A DNA stretch of 64,000 bases, from assembly GCA_043814095.1 (NCBI GenBank), contig JBDRKI010000102.1, forward strand, positions 1-64,000, given 5' to 3'. Under the pieces are notes generated by a model. That model did not search any database. It was not told where the DNA came from and saw only the letters and a program-made list of their open reading frames with translations. Source of the stretch: Armatimonadota bacterium. GTDB taxonomy: Bacteria; Vulcanimicrobiota; JACPDS01; JBDRKI01. Below are positions 10,169 to 20,716 of the stretch, piece after piece (position 1 is the first letter of the stretch; the number at the start of each line of letters is the position of its first letter). Both the position numbers and the translations under genes were made by a program.

Positions 10169-11188
10169 ATGCATATTCAAAGAATATTAAAAATAGCTTT
10201 AGAAAAAGAACGGAAAGCTTACAGGGCGTATATGAAAGCCTCGGGTATAGCTATTGATCCCGTGGATAAGACTTTATTTAAGAATCTGGCGCTGGAAGAG
10301 AAAAAACACGAAAAAATTCTTAAATACCAGATTAAATTAGCCAATCAGTTTCAAAACGACAAAGATATTAAGATAAAGCTGGATACAAAAATGGGCGATG
10401 TAAAGCTGAAAGCCGCCCGCGAGCTTGCGGAAGTTTATTTCCAGGCGAATAAAGAACTGCAGAAGATTAATTTAAAGCTCAGTGAAGAAGAAAAAACCGC
10501 GGCTTTGATACAAAGAAATTTAATTCCCAGAGAATGTCCTCTTATAGACGGTCTGGAGATAAGGGCTGTATCTCATATGGCAAGGAAAATAGGCGGGGAT
10601 TTCTTTGATTTCTGGGAAGACGATAAGGGACTTTCTTTGGTAATAGCGGATATAATGGGGAAGGGGCTTCCTGCTTCTCTGCTTATGACCAGCTTAAGAG
10701 CAACATGGAAAAGCTTTGTTTCTTTAGGGTATAAACCCCATAAAATAGTATCCCTTATAAATAACCTTACCTATAATGATTTTAACGTAAACCAGAGTTT
10801 TTCAACCCTTATAGCCGCGCATTATGAGTACAAAAACAGCAGGATTCATTTCTGCAACGCGGGCAACGAACCCCCGCTGTATTTTAACTATAGAACAAAG
10901 AAAGTCTCATTCTTAAGATCAATGGAAATTTTAATAGGAGTTGACAGGAGTTTTAAATATAAAGGTAGAAACCTAAAGTTAAATTTGGGAGATATTGTGA
11001 TATTTTTCACGGATGGCCTCCCTGAATATTTAAAACTAAAAGATTTAAAGAAAATAGTCCTGCAAAACTTTGAGAGAAGCGCTAAAAATATATTAGATTT
11101 AATAATTGATAAACCGATGGAAAATTTAAAGGATGACACAAGCGTAATTATATTTAAGAAAATACCTAAGAAGATTACATACGTGTAA
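10169..11188 (+). CDS. Ferritin/rubrerythrin-like domain fused to a SpoIIE/RsbU-type PP2C phosphatase
   Basis: N-term ALEKERKAYRAY...FKNLALEEKKHE; PP2C motifs IGGDFFD, IADIMGKG, NAGN, FTDGL, DDTS. Confidence 0.85.
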   Translation: MHIQRILKIALEKERKAYRAYMKASGIAIDPVDKTLFKNLALEEKKHEKILKYQIKLANQFQNDKDIKIKLDTKMGDVKLKAARELAEVYFQANKELQKINLKLSEEEKTAALIQRNLIPRECPLIDGLEIRAVSHMARKIGGDFFDFWEDDKGLSLVIADIMGKGLPASLLMTSLRATWKSFVSLGYKPHKIVSLINNLTYNDFNVNQSFSTLIAAHYEYKNSRIHFCNAGNEPPLYFNYRTKKVSFLRSMEILIGVDRSFKYKGRNLKLNLGDIVIFFTDGLPEYLKLKDLKKIVLQNFERSAKNILDLIIDKPMENLKDDTSVIIFKKIPKKITYV

Positions 11189-11221
11189 TTTCTAAACCAT
11201 AAAGAAAGGCGGTAGTATAAA

Positions 11222-11773
11222 ATGCTCAAAGAAATCAGAATTCACGGAAGAGGGGGACAGGGTGTAGTTACCGCGGCGGAACTTCTTGCCATAGCGGCTT
11301 TTGAAGACGGTAAATATTCTCAGGCTTTCCCGTTTTTCGGGTCGGAAAGAATGGGTTCCCCTGTTACCTCATTCGCGAGGATATCGGACGAACCCATAGC
11401 GATAAAAGCGCAGATTACAAGTCCTGACTATATTATAGTTCAGGACCCTACGGTTATAGGCGTTGTGGATGTGTTCAGCGGTCTTAAAGAAGGCGGCCTT
11501 GTCATAATTAACCATGACGGGGTTCCCGAAGGACTGGATGTCCCTAAAAATGTCACCGTTAAAGCTGTGGATGCCACGAATATAGCTCTTGAGATAATCG
11601 GGCGTCCCATACCGAATACCATTATGCTCGGGGCTTTTGCGGGCGCAACAGGGGAAATAAGTCTTGAAGGCGTCAAAAAGAGCATATATGACAAATTCAA
11701 GGGTGAAATCGCGGAGAAAAATATTAAAGCTTTAGAAAAAGCGTATAACCTGATGAAAGGAGCGAAAGTATGA
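11222..11773 (+). CDS. porC: Pyruvate:ferredoxin oxidoreductase gamma subunit
   Basis: EIRIHGRGGQGVVT, PFFGSERMGSP. Confidence 0.93.
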   Translation: MLKEIRIHGRGGQGVVTAAELLAIAAFEDGKYSQAFPFFGSERMGSPVTSFARISDEPIAIKAQITSPDYIIVQDPTVIGVVDVFSGLKEGGLVIINHDGVPEGLDVPKNVTVKAVDATNIALEIIGRPIPNTIMLGAFAGATGEISLEGVKKSIYDKFKGEIAEKNIKALEKAYNLMKGAKV

Positions 11774-12039
11774 AATTAAATCCGGCAGCGATAGCGGAAC
11801 CGGGAACCAGCATGGAAAACAAGACCGGTTCATGGAGAACTTTTAAACCTGTGTGGAAGCATGATAAATGCACGGGATGCAGATTATGCATAATATACTG
11901 CCCCGAAGGATGTATTACCGGAGAAGGTAAGGGTAAAGATTCAACATTTCAGGGGGATCTTGATTACTGTAAGGGATGCGGGATCTGCGCTGATGAGTGT
12001 CCCGTTAAGGATATTGATATGGTAAAGGAGGTCAAATAA
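11770..12039 (+). CDS. porD: Pyruvate:ferredoxin oxidoreductase delta subunit
   Basis: KTGSWRTFKP, CTGCRLC...CP, YCKGCGICADECP. Confidence 0.93.
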   Translation: MKLNPAAIAEPGTSMENKTGSWRTFKPVWKHDKCTGCRLCIIYCPEGCITGEGKGKDSTFQGDLDYCKGCGICADECPVKDIDMVKEVK

Positions 12040-13226
12040 TGGAAACAGCGTTAAAACAAAAAATGAAAGTAATGGAAGGCTCCATTGCCATAGCGGAAAC
12101 AGTGACTCAGTTAAGACCTCATGTTATTTCCGCGTATCCCATAACACCGCAAACCCATATAGTGGAAGCTTTGTCAAGAATAGTGGCTGACGGAAGGCTC
12201 CATGCCGATTTTATTAAGGTTGATTCCGAACAGTCAGCGGCATCAGCCTGCGTGGGAGCAAGCGCCGCGGGAGCAAGAGCGTATACCGCCACAACTTCAC
12301 AGGGTCTTCTTTTAATGGCCGAAGTGTTATTCTCAATGGCGGGAATGAGACTCCCTGTTCTTCTTACATGTGTCAACAGATCGGTTTCATCACCTTTAAG
12401 CATATGGAATGATCACCAGGATTCAATGACTGTAAGAGATTCCGGATGGATACAGCTTTACGCCGAAGACAACCAGGAAGCCATAGATATGCATGTACAG
12501 GGTTATAAAATAGCGGAAAAAGTAAAACTTCCTTTGATGATCTGTATAGACGGCTTTTTATTAACCCATACCTATGAACCTTTAAGGCTTTATGATCAGG
12601 ATGAAATAGATAAGTTTGTCCCGCCGTATAAGCCTAAATATCATCTTACTCCGAAAGATCCTCATACATTCGGCTGTTTCGCCGAACCCGATAAATATAC
12701 GGAATTCAGGTATATGACGGCTCATGCGAATCTGGATTCCAAAAGCGAAATAGTCGCGGTCGCGAAAGAATTCAAGGAAGTCTTCGGCAGATTTACCGGG
12801 GATCTTCTTGAAAATTATAAATGCGACGATGCCGATACCGTACTGGTAGGCATGGGAACAATAGTTTCCATATTAAAAGCGGTCGCGGACCAGATGAGAG
12901 AAGAAGGCAAGAAAGTAGGCGTGTGCAAGATAAGGACGTTCAGGCCGTTCCCGAAAGAGGAGATAAGAAATTCTCTTAAAGACAAGAAGAACATAGTTAT
13001 ATTTGATAAGAGCTTGTCTATGGGTCTGGGAAGCATAGTCGGTACTGACGTAAAAGACGCTTTATACGGCTTATCCAGTGCGAAGATATCAACCATAATC
13101 GCGGGGCTCGCGGGAAGAGATATTCCCGTTAGTTCCGTAAAAAAGATGGTAGAGAAAGCCGAAAAACAAGTACTTGATAATGAATTTATGGACCTTAAGA
13201 CAGAATTACTGGGAGGTGAGATATAA
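12039..13226 (+). CDS. porA: Pyruvate:ferredoxin oxidoreductase alpha subunit
   Basis: AYPITPQT, TATTSQGL, IWNDHQD. Confidence 0.93.
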   Translation: METALKQKMKVMEGSIAIAETVTQLRPHVISAYPITPQTHIVEALSRIVADGRLHADFIKVDSEQSAASACVGASAAGARAYTATTSQGLLLMAEVLFSMAGMRLPVLLTCVNRSVSSPLSIWNDHQDSMTVRDSGWIQLYAEDNQEAIDMHVQGYKIAEKVKLPLMICIDGFLLTHTYEPLRLYDQDEIDKFVPPYKPKYHLTPKDPHTFGCFAEPDKYTEFRYMTAHANLDSKSEIVAVAKEFKEVFGRFTGDLLENYKCDDADTVLVGMGTIVSILKAVADQMREEGKKVGVCKIRTFRPFPKEEIRNSLKDKKNIVIFDKSLSMGLGSIVGTDVKDALYGLSSAKISTIIAGLAGRDIPVSSVKKMVEKAEKQVLDNEFMDLKTELLGGEI

Positions 13227-14125
13227 TGGCGAACGCACTGTTAGAAAAGAATTTATTCGCGCCGGGACATACAGCTTGTTCGGGATGCGGGGAAGCTTTA
13301 GGAATGAAGCTTTTAATGGAAGCTTTAGGGCCTAATGTGATTATAGCCAACGCGACGGGATGTTCCGAGATATTCACGACCCGTTATCCCCAGAGCGCGT
13401 GGCGCGTGCCGTGGATACATTCATTGTTTGAAAATTCATCAGCCGTGGCGTCCGGGATTGAATCCGCTTTAAAAGCCATGGGCAGGGAAGGCGAAGCAAG
13501 AGTCGTTAACATAGGCGGAGACGGAGCTTTAGCCGATATCGGCATGGGTCCTTTCAGCGGTATGCTTGAAAGAGGCCATGATATTTTAACAATACTGCTT
13601 GATAACGAAGCATACATGAATACCGGTATCCAGAGAAGCTCAATGACTCCTTTAGGAGCAAGCACAACAACATCTCCCAGCGGAAAAGAATCTCTGGGAA
13701 GCGATACAAATAAAAAGGATATGATAGATATCGCCATTGCTCACAGGGCAAAATATGTAGCAACGGCAACCGTCGCATATCCGATGGATTTAAAAAAGAA
13801 AGTCCAGAAAGCCATGGAGATAAAAGGACCCCGATTCATACATTTCCTGGTTCCGTGTCCTCTGGGCTGGAGATTTCCGTCAAACACCACAATAAAGATA
13901 TCCAAGCTTGCCGTGCAGACAGGCATGTTCCCGCTAGTTGAATTTGAGAACGGCAAACTCATAAAAGCGACACCCATAGGGAAAAAAGTGCCCATAGAAG
14001 ATTACCTGAAGCCCCAGGGAAGATTTAAACATCTCTTCAATCAGGAGGGCGGCAAGGTAGATATTGAACGCCTTCAGAGATATGCTGATGCTAATATAGA
14101 GAAGTACGGATTGATAAAGAGTTAG
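13226..14125 (+). CDS. porB: Pyruvate:ferredoxin oxidoreductase beta subunit
   Basis: [16 protein letters not shown]...[16 protein letters not shown] motif, PCPLGW. Confidence 0.93.
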   Translation: MANALLEKNLFAPGHTACSGCGEALGMKLLMEALGPNVIIANATGCSEIFTTRYPQSAWRVPWIHSLFENSSAVASGIESALKAMGREGEARVVNIGGDGALADIGMGPFSGMLERGHDILTILLDNEAYMNTGIQRSSMTPLGASTTTSPSGKESLGSDTNKKDMIDIAIAHRAKYVATATVAYPMDLKKKVQKAMEIKGPRFIHFLVPCPLGWRFPSNTTIKISKLAVQTGMFPLVEFENGKLIKATPIGKKVPIEDYLKPQGRFKHLFNQEGGKVDIERLQRYADANIEKYGLIKS

Positions 14126-14143
14126 CAAAAACAGTAAGAATAG

Positions 14144-14170
14144 AAAAGGCGGGTCAGAACCCGCCTTTTT
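14144..14170 (+). terminator. Rho-independent terminator after porB
   Basis: aaaaggcgggt-caga-acccgccttttt. Confidence 0.8.
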
Positions 14171-14186
14171 GTTAGGGAGGATTATT

Positions 14187-14819
14187 ATGTCTGTAACTTT
14201 ACTTGATCATCCTTTAATACAGCATAAACTTGCCATGTTAAGGGATAAAAACACCGGGTCAAAAGATTTCAGGGAGCTTGTTGAAGAGATAGCCATGCTT
14301 ATGGCCTATGAATCTACAAGGGGTATAACTTTAGAAGAGATAGAAATAGATACTCCTCTTCAGAAGACAAAAGCAAAGGCGATACCCGGCAAGAAACTGG
14401 GACTTATACCCATCCTTAGGGCAGGTTTAGGGATGGTTGACGGTATTCTGCATCTTGTGCCTGCCGCAAGAGTAGGGCATATAGGAATATATAGGGATCA
14501 TGATACATTAGAGCCCGTGGAATATTACTGCAAACTGCCCGAAGATTTAGCTGACAGGGATCTGCTGGTATTAGATCCCATGCTTGCAACAGGCGGATCG
14601 GCTGTTTTTGCGGTGGAATTCTTAAAGAAAAACGGCGCGAAGAGCGAGAATATAAAATACTTATGTCTTTTAGCTTCACCCGAAGGGTTAAAGAAGATGG
14701 AAGATAATGATCCTAAAGTTCATATATTCACAGCTGCCATAGATGAAAAACTAAATGATAAAGGATATATCCTGCCGGGTTTAGGGGATGCGGGCGACAG
14801 GCTGTTCGGTACGAAATAA
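14187..14819 (+). CDS. upp: Uracil phosphoribosyltransferase
   Basis: [42 protein letters not shown] 14187 after GGAGG. Confidence 0.97.
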   Translation: MSVTLLDHPLIQHKLAMLRDKNTGSKDFRELVEEIAMLMAYESTRGITLEEIEIDTPLQKTKAKAIPGKKLGLIPILRAGLGMVDGILHLVPAARVGHIGIYRDHDTLEPVEYYCKLPEDLADRDLLVLDPMLATGGSAVFAVEFLKKNGAKSENIKYLCLLASPEGLKKMEDNDPKVHIFTAAIDEKLNDKGYILPGLGDAGDRLFGTK

Positions 14820-14907
14820 AGGTAATCAATCTTATAAAATATTACTAAGTATAACTAAAGTTTGACAAAGTTATATTAGTGTGTTATCATTAAAGAGGGT
14901 GAATAAT

Positions 14908-15135
14908 ATGCAAAAAATGACATTTGCCATAAAACTAAATCCAGATATTTTGAAAAATTTAAAAGAATTTTGTGCTCAACACGGCATTAAGTATAGCTTT
15001 TTTGTAGAAAAAGCTATTGAAGAAAAATTAGACAAGGAAGAACTTAAAGAAGATATACATGACTTAAAAAGACTTCGCAGCCAGGAAAAAGATGCGATAT
15101 CTTATGAAGAATTTTTAAGGACTTTTGATGTATAA
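14908..15135 (+). CDS. Antitoxin (ribbon-helix-helix-like) of a RelBE-type pair
   Basis: Small protein with acidic C-terminus overlapping a RelE gene; promoter TTGACA(14862)-17-TATCAT(14885) with a flanking inverted repeat. Confidence 0.75.
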   Translation: MQKMTFAIKLNPDILKNLKEFCAQHGIKYSFFVEKAIEEKLDKEELKEDIHDLKRLRSQEKDAISYEEFLRTFDV

Positions 15136-15379
15136 AATATTTATTAATCCTGAAGCCATAAAAGATATAAAAAAAACACCTAAAAATATTTTTAAGCAAA
15201 TTAACAAAAAAATAGAGATACTTAAAGAAAATCCTCGCCCGTCTGATTCCGTAAAACTCACACTTGAAGAAGGATATAGGATTCGGTCTGGTAATTATCG
15301 AATTTTATATAGAATTTCCGATAAAAATAAGATGGTTTTTATTTACCGTATAAAACACAGGAAAGATGTTTATAAATAA
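15128..15379 (+). CDS. relE: RelE/ParE family toxin
   Basis: LKENPRP...YRIRSGNYRILY...IKHRKDVY. Confidence 0.9.
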   Translation: MYKIFINPEAIKDIKKTPKNIFKQINKKIEILKENPRPSDSVKLTLEEGYRIRSGNYRILYRISDKNKMVFIYRIKHRKDVYK

Positions 15380-15414
15380 TTGAGCAACATAACTTGATTT
15401 TTTTTCAACAGCAA

Positions 15415-15590
15415 CTAAGCGGCTTTTTTCTCGTAAATTACTTCACCGTATTTTGTTACTTCATCCAGAAAGCCGCTTTTATCATTTCCGTCTTCTAATA
15501 TTATAGGTTCGATACGATATCGATATCGCTTTGTTCGTTAAAGTTGTTTTTTGCATAAGAACCATATAATATAATCTTTTTAACGTTCAT
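15415..15590 (-). pseudogene. Minimal nucleotidyltransferase (MNT) remnant with an internal deletion
   Basis: NVKKIILYGSYAKNNFNEQSDIDI is joined out of frame to RIEPIILEDGNDKSGFLDEVTKYGEVIYEKKAA*; no start codon region seen. Confidence 0.75.
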
Positions 15591-15939
15591 GTTTTGAGCA
15601 ATCAGATCTGCATATTTCTTTTGTTAATGACCTCATTAATTTTTCTTTATAAGTCGGATATCTTGCCTGTGTATTTAACGGTCCCAGAACATCCAGAAAG
15701 TTTTTTTGATCATCTGTAAATTTATCATAAATACCGGATTCTTTTGCAAGCAGAACCAGGTTATGAGTATACGGAGGGGTAGCTATTTTAGTAAATACAT
15801 AATAACTTTTTATGCTTTTTTCTATCGTTTGATGGCACATAAACCCAACATATAAATACCTGCCTCCGTCAAGCGTAACCTTAGCGCTGTCTAAGTCATA
15901 TTGAGCTAATTCCAGCCAATAACTAACTTTTTAGTCCAT
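15580..15939 (-). pseudogene. HEPN-domain protein with a premature stop at codon 3
   Basis: ATG-GAC-TAA, then in frame KVSYWLELAQYDLDSA...GFMCHQTIEKSIK...PPYTHNL...ARYP. Confidence 0.8.
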
Positions 15940-15983
15940 ATATAATTAAATTTTATTCACTAAAATCCTTTAAGCTGAAATAT

Positions 15984-16012
15984 TAAAAGCCCCCGGGAAA
16001 TCAGGGGCTTTA
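15984..16012 (-). terminator. Rho-independent terminator of the 16038-16598 gene
   Basis: taaaagcccc...ggggcttta hairpin. Confidence 0.7.
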
Positions 16013-16037
16013 TAGTAGATGTAAAATTTAATTGCTT

Positions 16038-16598
16038 TTACAGTTTTTTTGTCCATATTTGATATTCGTCATTTGTTTCTTTTCTGGTTATTTTTTTGCC
16101 TGCAGTCATTCTTATTCCTTCCCATACTACATCGTCATATTTATCCTTAAACTGGCTGATCAATTCTTTCGTTCCGTTTCTATAAATGATGTATTGTTGA
16201 TATAAGCAAGCTCCCGGGCTAATGCCTACATTTGCTGTTTTGAAGTAACATGTTTGGCTTGGGAATCTATTAAATATATCCTGTTTATGCTTTTCGTTCA
16301 TTTCGGGATCAAAGTGATCAACAATTTTTAATGAACCGTCTTTGTTAAATATCGGATATCCTTGTGTGTCCACGCCAAAACTCTCACCGGGTTTTAATTC
16401 TACTTTAAGGAATCCATCTTTAATAAGTTTATCGGGATTATCAAGCCGCAGATCGTTTAATCCGGTAATAGGATTTTTAAGTCCGCATCGTTCTAAATTG
16501 CTTAGTGCATTTTTCGTAACTTGTAATGTAGCTTGTTTAGGTTGAAATTTTCTTGTTTCAGGTATTTTTGGTGCACCAAATCTGATTGGGTCTGTCAT
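16038..16598 (-). CDS. Hypothetical protein (orphan)
   Basis: 186-aa ORF with GGAGGTG RBS and its own terminator; no recognisable motif. Confidence 0.75.
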   Translation of the reverse strand: MTDPIRFGAPKIPETRKFQPKQATLQVTKNALSNLERCGLKNPITGLNDLRLDNPDKLIKDGFLKVELKPGESFGVDTQGYPIFNKDGSLKIVDHFDPEMNEKHKQDIFNRFPSQTCYFKTANVGISPGACLYQQYIIYRNGTKELISQFKDKYDDVVWEGIRMTAGKKITRKETNDEYQIWTKKL

Positions 16599-16699
16599 AA
16601 TCCACCTCCATATTTTTTCTCTAATTTAATTATACATACATACATACAATACTCCAAAAGACCTATTTTTCACATATTTTAGAACCATTTTTTAAAAAC

Positions 16700-16725
16700 A
16701 GGAAAAATCTTTTAAATCGTAGAAT
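16700..16725 (+). promoter_or_regulatory. Sigma-H-like promoter
   Basis: AGGAAAA-N12-GTAGAAT upstream of the dihydropyrimidinase-clpB unit. Confidence 0.6.
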
Positions 16726-16756
16726 TTTAAGTTAAAATCAAAAAGGATATAAATTT

Positions 16757-18112
16757 ATGGATATATTAATTAAAAACGGGCTAGTTGTAACAGAAAAAGG
16801 CATAATTAAAGAAGATATAGCCGTTAAATCAGGAAAAATCTTTAAAACAGGTAAAAATTTAACTTTTAAAGCAGGGAAGATTATTGATGCTAAAGGTAAG
16901 TATGTATTCCCCGGCTTTATTGACGCTCATACTCATATGCATCTGCCTGTGGGGAAGACTTACAGCGCTGATGATTTCCTTTCAGGAAGTTGTGCCGCCG
17001 CCGCAGGCGGTGTAACAACCATAATTGACTTTATAACACCTATCGGTAATACGGATTTTGTAAAATCCATAAAATCACGCATTAAAGAAGCGGATAAAAA
17101 ATCAATAGTTGATTTTAATTTCCGTTTTACCATAACTAATGTAGATAAGAAGACAGAATCTGTTTTAAAGAAGTTATCATCATATAACATAAACAACTTA
17201 AAAGTTTATATGGTGTATAAAGAAGCCGGCCTTATGATGGACACTGATAAGATGTTATCAGCCATGAAGCTGGCTAAAAAATATAATCTTGTATTCGGCG
17301 TACATGCAGAAGATTATGAAACTTTATGTAAGTTAAAAAACAAACTTATAAAGCAGGGAAAAACTTCCGCTTATTATCACGCGTTATCAAGGCCGGATAA
17401 AGTTGAAGCAGATGCAGTTAAATTCTGTGTTGAACTTGCTAAGAAAGCAAAATGCAAACTGTATTTTGTTCATGTAAGCACAAAAGAAGCTGTTGATATT
17501 ATAAGGAAAGCGCAGAAACAGGGCTTAAGTATATATGCGGAAACTTGCCCCCAGTACCTTTTCTTTACCAAAGAGAAATATAAAGGCAGGAACGGCACTT
17601 ATTATATAGCAAGCCCTCCGTTTAGAAGCAAAAAAGATACTACTGCTTTATGGAAAGCGGTAAAAGACGGTACTATATCTGTTGTTGCAACAGACCACTG
17701 CCCGTTTAGTAAAAAACAAAAGAAACAGGGCGGGGGAAGATTCTATAAAACATTAAACGGCCTGCCTGGTGTTGAAACATTAGCTTCATTTTTATACACT
17801 GAAGGTGTTTTAAGGAAACGAATAAGTATAAATAAAATGATGCATGTTCTGTGTTCTAATCCCGCAGGAATATTTAATATATCTTCTTTTAAAGGTAGTT
17901 TGAAAGAAGGGATGGATGCGGATATGGTTGTATTTGATACCGGAATAAGGAAGAAGGTCAGCATTAAAAATATGCATTCTAAAACGGATTTCAATCCCTT
18001 TAACGGGATAACTTTAACCGGTTGGCCTGAATATACGGTATGCAGAGGGAAGATTATATGCCATAAAGATAAGTTTTTAGTAAAACCCGGATACGGGAAA
18101 TTAGTAAGATAA
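16757..18112 (+). CDS. hydA: Dihydropyrimidinase / D-hydantoinase
   Basis: [45 protein letters not shown]. Confidence 0.88.
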   Translation: MDILIKNGLVVTEKGIIKEDIAVKSGKIFKTGKNLTFKAGKIIDAKGKYVFPGFIDAHTHMHLPVGKTYSADDFLSGSCAAAAGGVTTIIDFITPIGNTDFVKSIKSRIKEADKKSIVDFNFRFTITNVDKKTESVLKKLSSYNINNLKVYMVYKEAGLMMDTDKMLSAMKLAKKYNLVFGVHAEDYETLCKLKNKLIKQGKTSAYYHALSRPDKVEADAVKFCVELAKKAKCKLYFVHVSTKEAVDIIRKAQKQGLSIYAETCPQYLFFTKEKYKGRNGTYYIASPPFRSKKDTTALWKAVKDGTISVVATDHCPFSKKQKKQGGGRFYKTLNGLPGVETLASFLYTEGVLRKRISINKMMHVLCSNPAGIFNISSFKGSLKEGMDADMVVFDTGIRKKVSIKNMHSKTDFNPFNGITLTGWPEYTVCRGKIICHKDKFLVKPGYGKLVR

Positions 18113-18134
18113 ACCTGAAATCTTGGAGGATATA

Positions 18135-20711
18135 ATGAGACTTGATAAATTTACGGTAAAAGCGCAGGAATCAATAGCTGAAGCTCAGCATTTAGCTGAT
18201 GAATATAAAAATCAGGAGATTCAGCCCGAACATCTGTTTCTTGCTTTGATTGACCAGGAAGGCGGTGTTGTCCGCTCCATAATTGAAAAACTGGGTTCGA
18301 ACTACGAAGCGGTAAAACCGCTTGTTATTCAGGAGATAAATAAATTTCCTAAAGTCTCTGGTGCGGTATCGCAAACATATATCTCGCCTTCATTTAAGAA
18401 CCTGCTTGATGTCGCGTATAATGAGAGTACAAGGTTAAAAGACGAGTATGTAAGCACAGAGCATCTTTTCATAGCTTTAGCGAAATCTGATACTCCTTCG
18501 GGCAGAATATTAAAAAGCTTAGGCATTACCGCTGATGCTATTTATAAAGTGCTGGTTGATATAAGGGGGTCGCAGCGTGTTACCGACCAGAACCCCGAAG
18601 ATAAATACCAGGCGCTTACTAAGTACGGGAGAGATCTTACCGAACTTGCAAGGAAAGGCAAGCTTGACCCCGTTATAGGAAGGGATGAAGAGATAAGGCG
18701 CACCATCCAGGTTCTCTCGCGCAGGACGAAAAATAATCCCGTTCTTATAGGCGAACCGGGCGTGGGTAAAACCGCGGTGGTTGAGGGGCTTGCCCAGCGC
18801 ATAGTAAAACAGGATGTGCCTGAAGGGCTTAAAAATAAACGCGTTATAGCTCTTGATATAGGGTCGCTTGTCGCAGGGACAAAGTTCAGGGGAGAGTTTG
18901 AAGACAGGTTTAAAGCGGTTTTGAAGGAAATACAAAATTCCGCAGGACAGATAATACTCTTTATTGACGAGCTTCATACACTTGTAGGGGCAGGCGGCGC
19001 GGAAGGCGCGGTGGATGCCGCTAATATGATAAAACCCGCTTTAGCAAGAGGCGAACTGAGGTGCATAGGAGCTACTACCTTAGATGAATACAGGAAACAT
19101 ATTGAGAAAGACGCGGCGTTAGAGAGAAGGTTCCAGCCTATATATATTAAGGAGCCTTCGGTTGAGGATACAATCGCGATATTAAGGGGATTAAAAGAAA
19201 AATATGAGATTCACCACGGTGTTCGCATAAAAGATTCGGCCATAATAGCGGCCGCGGTTTTATCAAACAGGTACATAGCCGACAGATTTCTCCCCGATAA
19301 AGCCATAGACCTTATTGATGAGGCGGCGTCAAAATTAAGGATGGAGATAGACAGCCTGCCTACAGAGATAGATGAAATAGACAGGAAAATCATGCAGTTG
19401 GAAATTGAGAAGCAGGCGGTAAGCAAAGAAAAAGACGCTCAATCCAAGGAGAGGCTGGAGAAGATAAACAAGGAACTGGCCAAGTTAAAAGAAGAAAGCG
19501 ATTCTATGAAATGTAAGTGGCAGAAAGAAAAAGATGGTATTATAAAAATACAGAAGATAAAAGAAGATATGGAATCTGCTAAGCATGAGGAAGAAGAAGC
19601 TGAGAGAAAAGGGGATCTCCAGAAAGTAGCAGAGTTAAGATACGGGAAACTGGCCGAACTTCAGAAGGAACTGGATAAAGAGAATAAAGCCCTTGAGAAG
19701 ATGCAGAAAGAACATAAATTCTTAAAAGAAGAAGTGGATGAAGAAGACGTGGCGGAAGTCGTCTCAAAATGGACAGGGATCCCTGTTTCTAAGATGCTTG
19801 AAAGCGAGATGCAGAAGCTTATACATATGGAAGAAGACTTAAGAAAAAGAGTAGTAGGGCAGGATGAAGCGATCTTTGCGGTGGCAAACGCAATAAGGCG
19901 TTCACGCGCGGGAATATCTGATGAGAACAAGCCCATGGGTTCATTTTTGTTTTTAGGCCCTACGGGTGTAGGCAAGACCGAGCTTACCAAAGCTCTGGCG
20001 GAATTTTTATTCGGTGACGAGAAGGCAATGGTCCGCATAGATATGTCTGAGTACATGGAAAAGCACTCTGTCGCGAGATTGATAGGAGCGCCTCCCGGTT
20101 ATGTAGGTTATGAAGAAGGGGGCCAGCTTACCGAAGCCGTGCGCCGGAGGCCTTACAGCGTTATACTATTAGACGAGATAGAGAAAGCCCATACGGATGT
20201 ATTTAATGTACTGCTCCAGATACTTGATGACGGGAGACTGACCGACGGTCAGGGCAGGACAGTAGATTTCAGAAACACGCTTATCGTAATGACATCCAAT
20301 ATAGGGAGCCAGTATATAAGGGAGTACGGCCAGAGCGAGCCTGAACTTATGAAGAAAAAGGTTACAGAAGAGCTTAACAACCATTTCAGGCCGGAATTTT
20401 TAAACAGGATTGATGAGATCGTCTTCTTTAACCAGTTAACCAAAGAAGATATAGGAAAAATTATTGATCTTCAGATAGCATATTTAGATAAACGGTTAAA
20501 GCTGAGAAAGATAGATGTTGAATTAACCGATAAAGCGAAAGAATACATAGCCAATGTGGGTTTTGATCCTGTTTTCGGAGCAAGGCCCATAAAAAGAGCC
20601 ATACAGAAATATATTCAGGATCCCTTAGCGATGAAAATATTAAGCGGTGACATAAAAGAAGGCTCTAAAGTAAAAATAGACTGCGCCGGAGGCGAGATAG
20701 TTATTAAATAG
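18135..20711 (+). CDS. clpB: ATP-dependent chaperone ClpB
   Basis: MRLDKFT start, GEPGVGKT and GPTGVGKT Walker A motifs, long coiled-coil M domain, GYVGYEEGG. Confidence 0.97.
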   Translation: MRLDKFTVKAQESIAEAQHLADEYKNQEIQPEHLFLALIDQEGGVVRSIIEKLGSNYEAVKPLVIQEINKFPKVSGAVSQTYISPSFKNLLDVAYNESTRLKDEYVSTEHLFIALAKSDTPSGRILKSLGITADAIYKVLVDIRGSQRVTDQNPEDKYQALTKYGRDLTELARKGKLDPVIGRDEEIRRTIQVLSRRTKNNPVLIGEPGVGKTAVVEGLAQRIVKQDVPEGLKNKRVIALDIGSLVAGTKFRGEFEDRFKAVLKEIQNSAGQIILFIDELHTLVGAGGAEGAVDAANMIKPALARGELRCIGATTLDEYRKHIEKDAALERRFQPIYIKEPSVEDTIAILRGLKEKYEIHHGVRIKDSAIIAAAVLSNRYIADRFLPDKAIDLIDEAASKLRMEIDSLPTEIDEIDRKIMQLEIEKQAVSKEKDAQSKERLEKINKELAKLKEESDSMKCKWQKEKDGIIKIQKIKEDMESAKHEEEEAERKGDLQKVAELRYGKLAELQKELDKENKALEKMQKEHKFLKEEVDEEDVAEVVSKWTGIPVSKMLESEMQKLIHMEEDLRKRVVGQDEAIFAVANAIRRSRAGISDENKPMGSFLFLGPTGVGKTELTKALAEFLFGDEKAMVRIDMSEYMEKHSVARLIGAPPGYVGYEEGGQLTEAVRRRPYSVILLDEIEKAHTDVFNVLLQILDDGRLTDGQGRTVDFRNTLIVMTSNIGSQYIREYGQSEPELMKKKVTEELNNHFRPEFLNRIDEIVFFNQLTKEDIGKIIDLQIAYLDKRLKLRKIDVELTDKAKEYIANVGFDPVFGARPIKRAIQKYIQDPLAMKILSGDIKEGSKVKIDCAGGEIVIK

Positions 20712-20716
20712 TGTTT

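Noticed and set aside
16632-16648. (ATAC)n microsatellite upstream of the orphan gene
   Set aside because: Only about four units; too short to claim phase variation.
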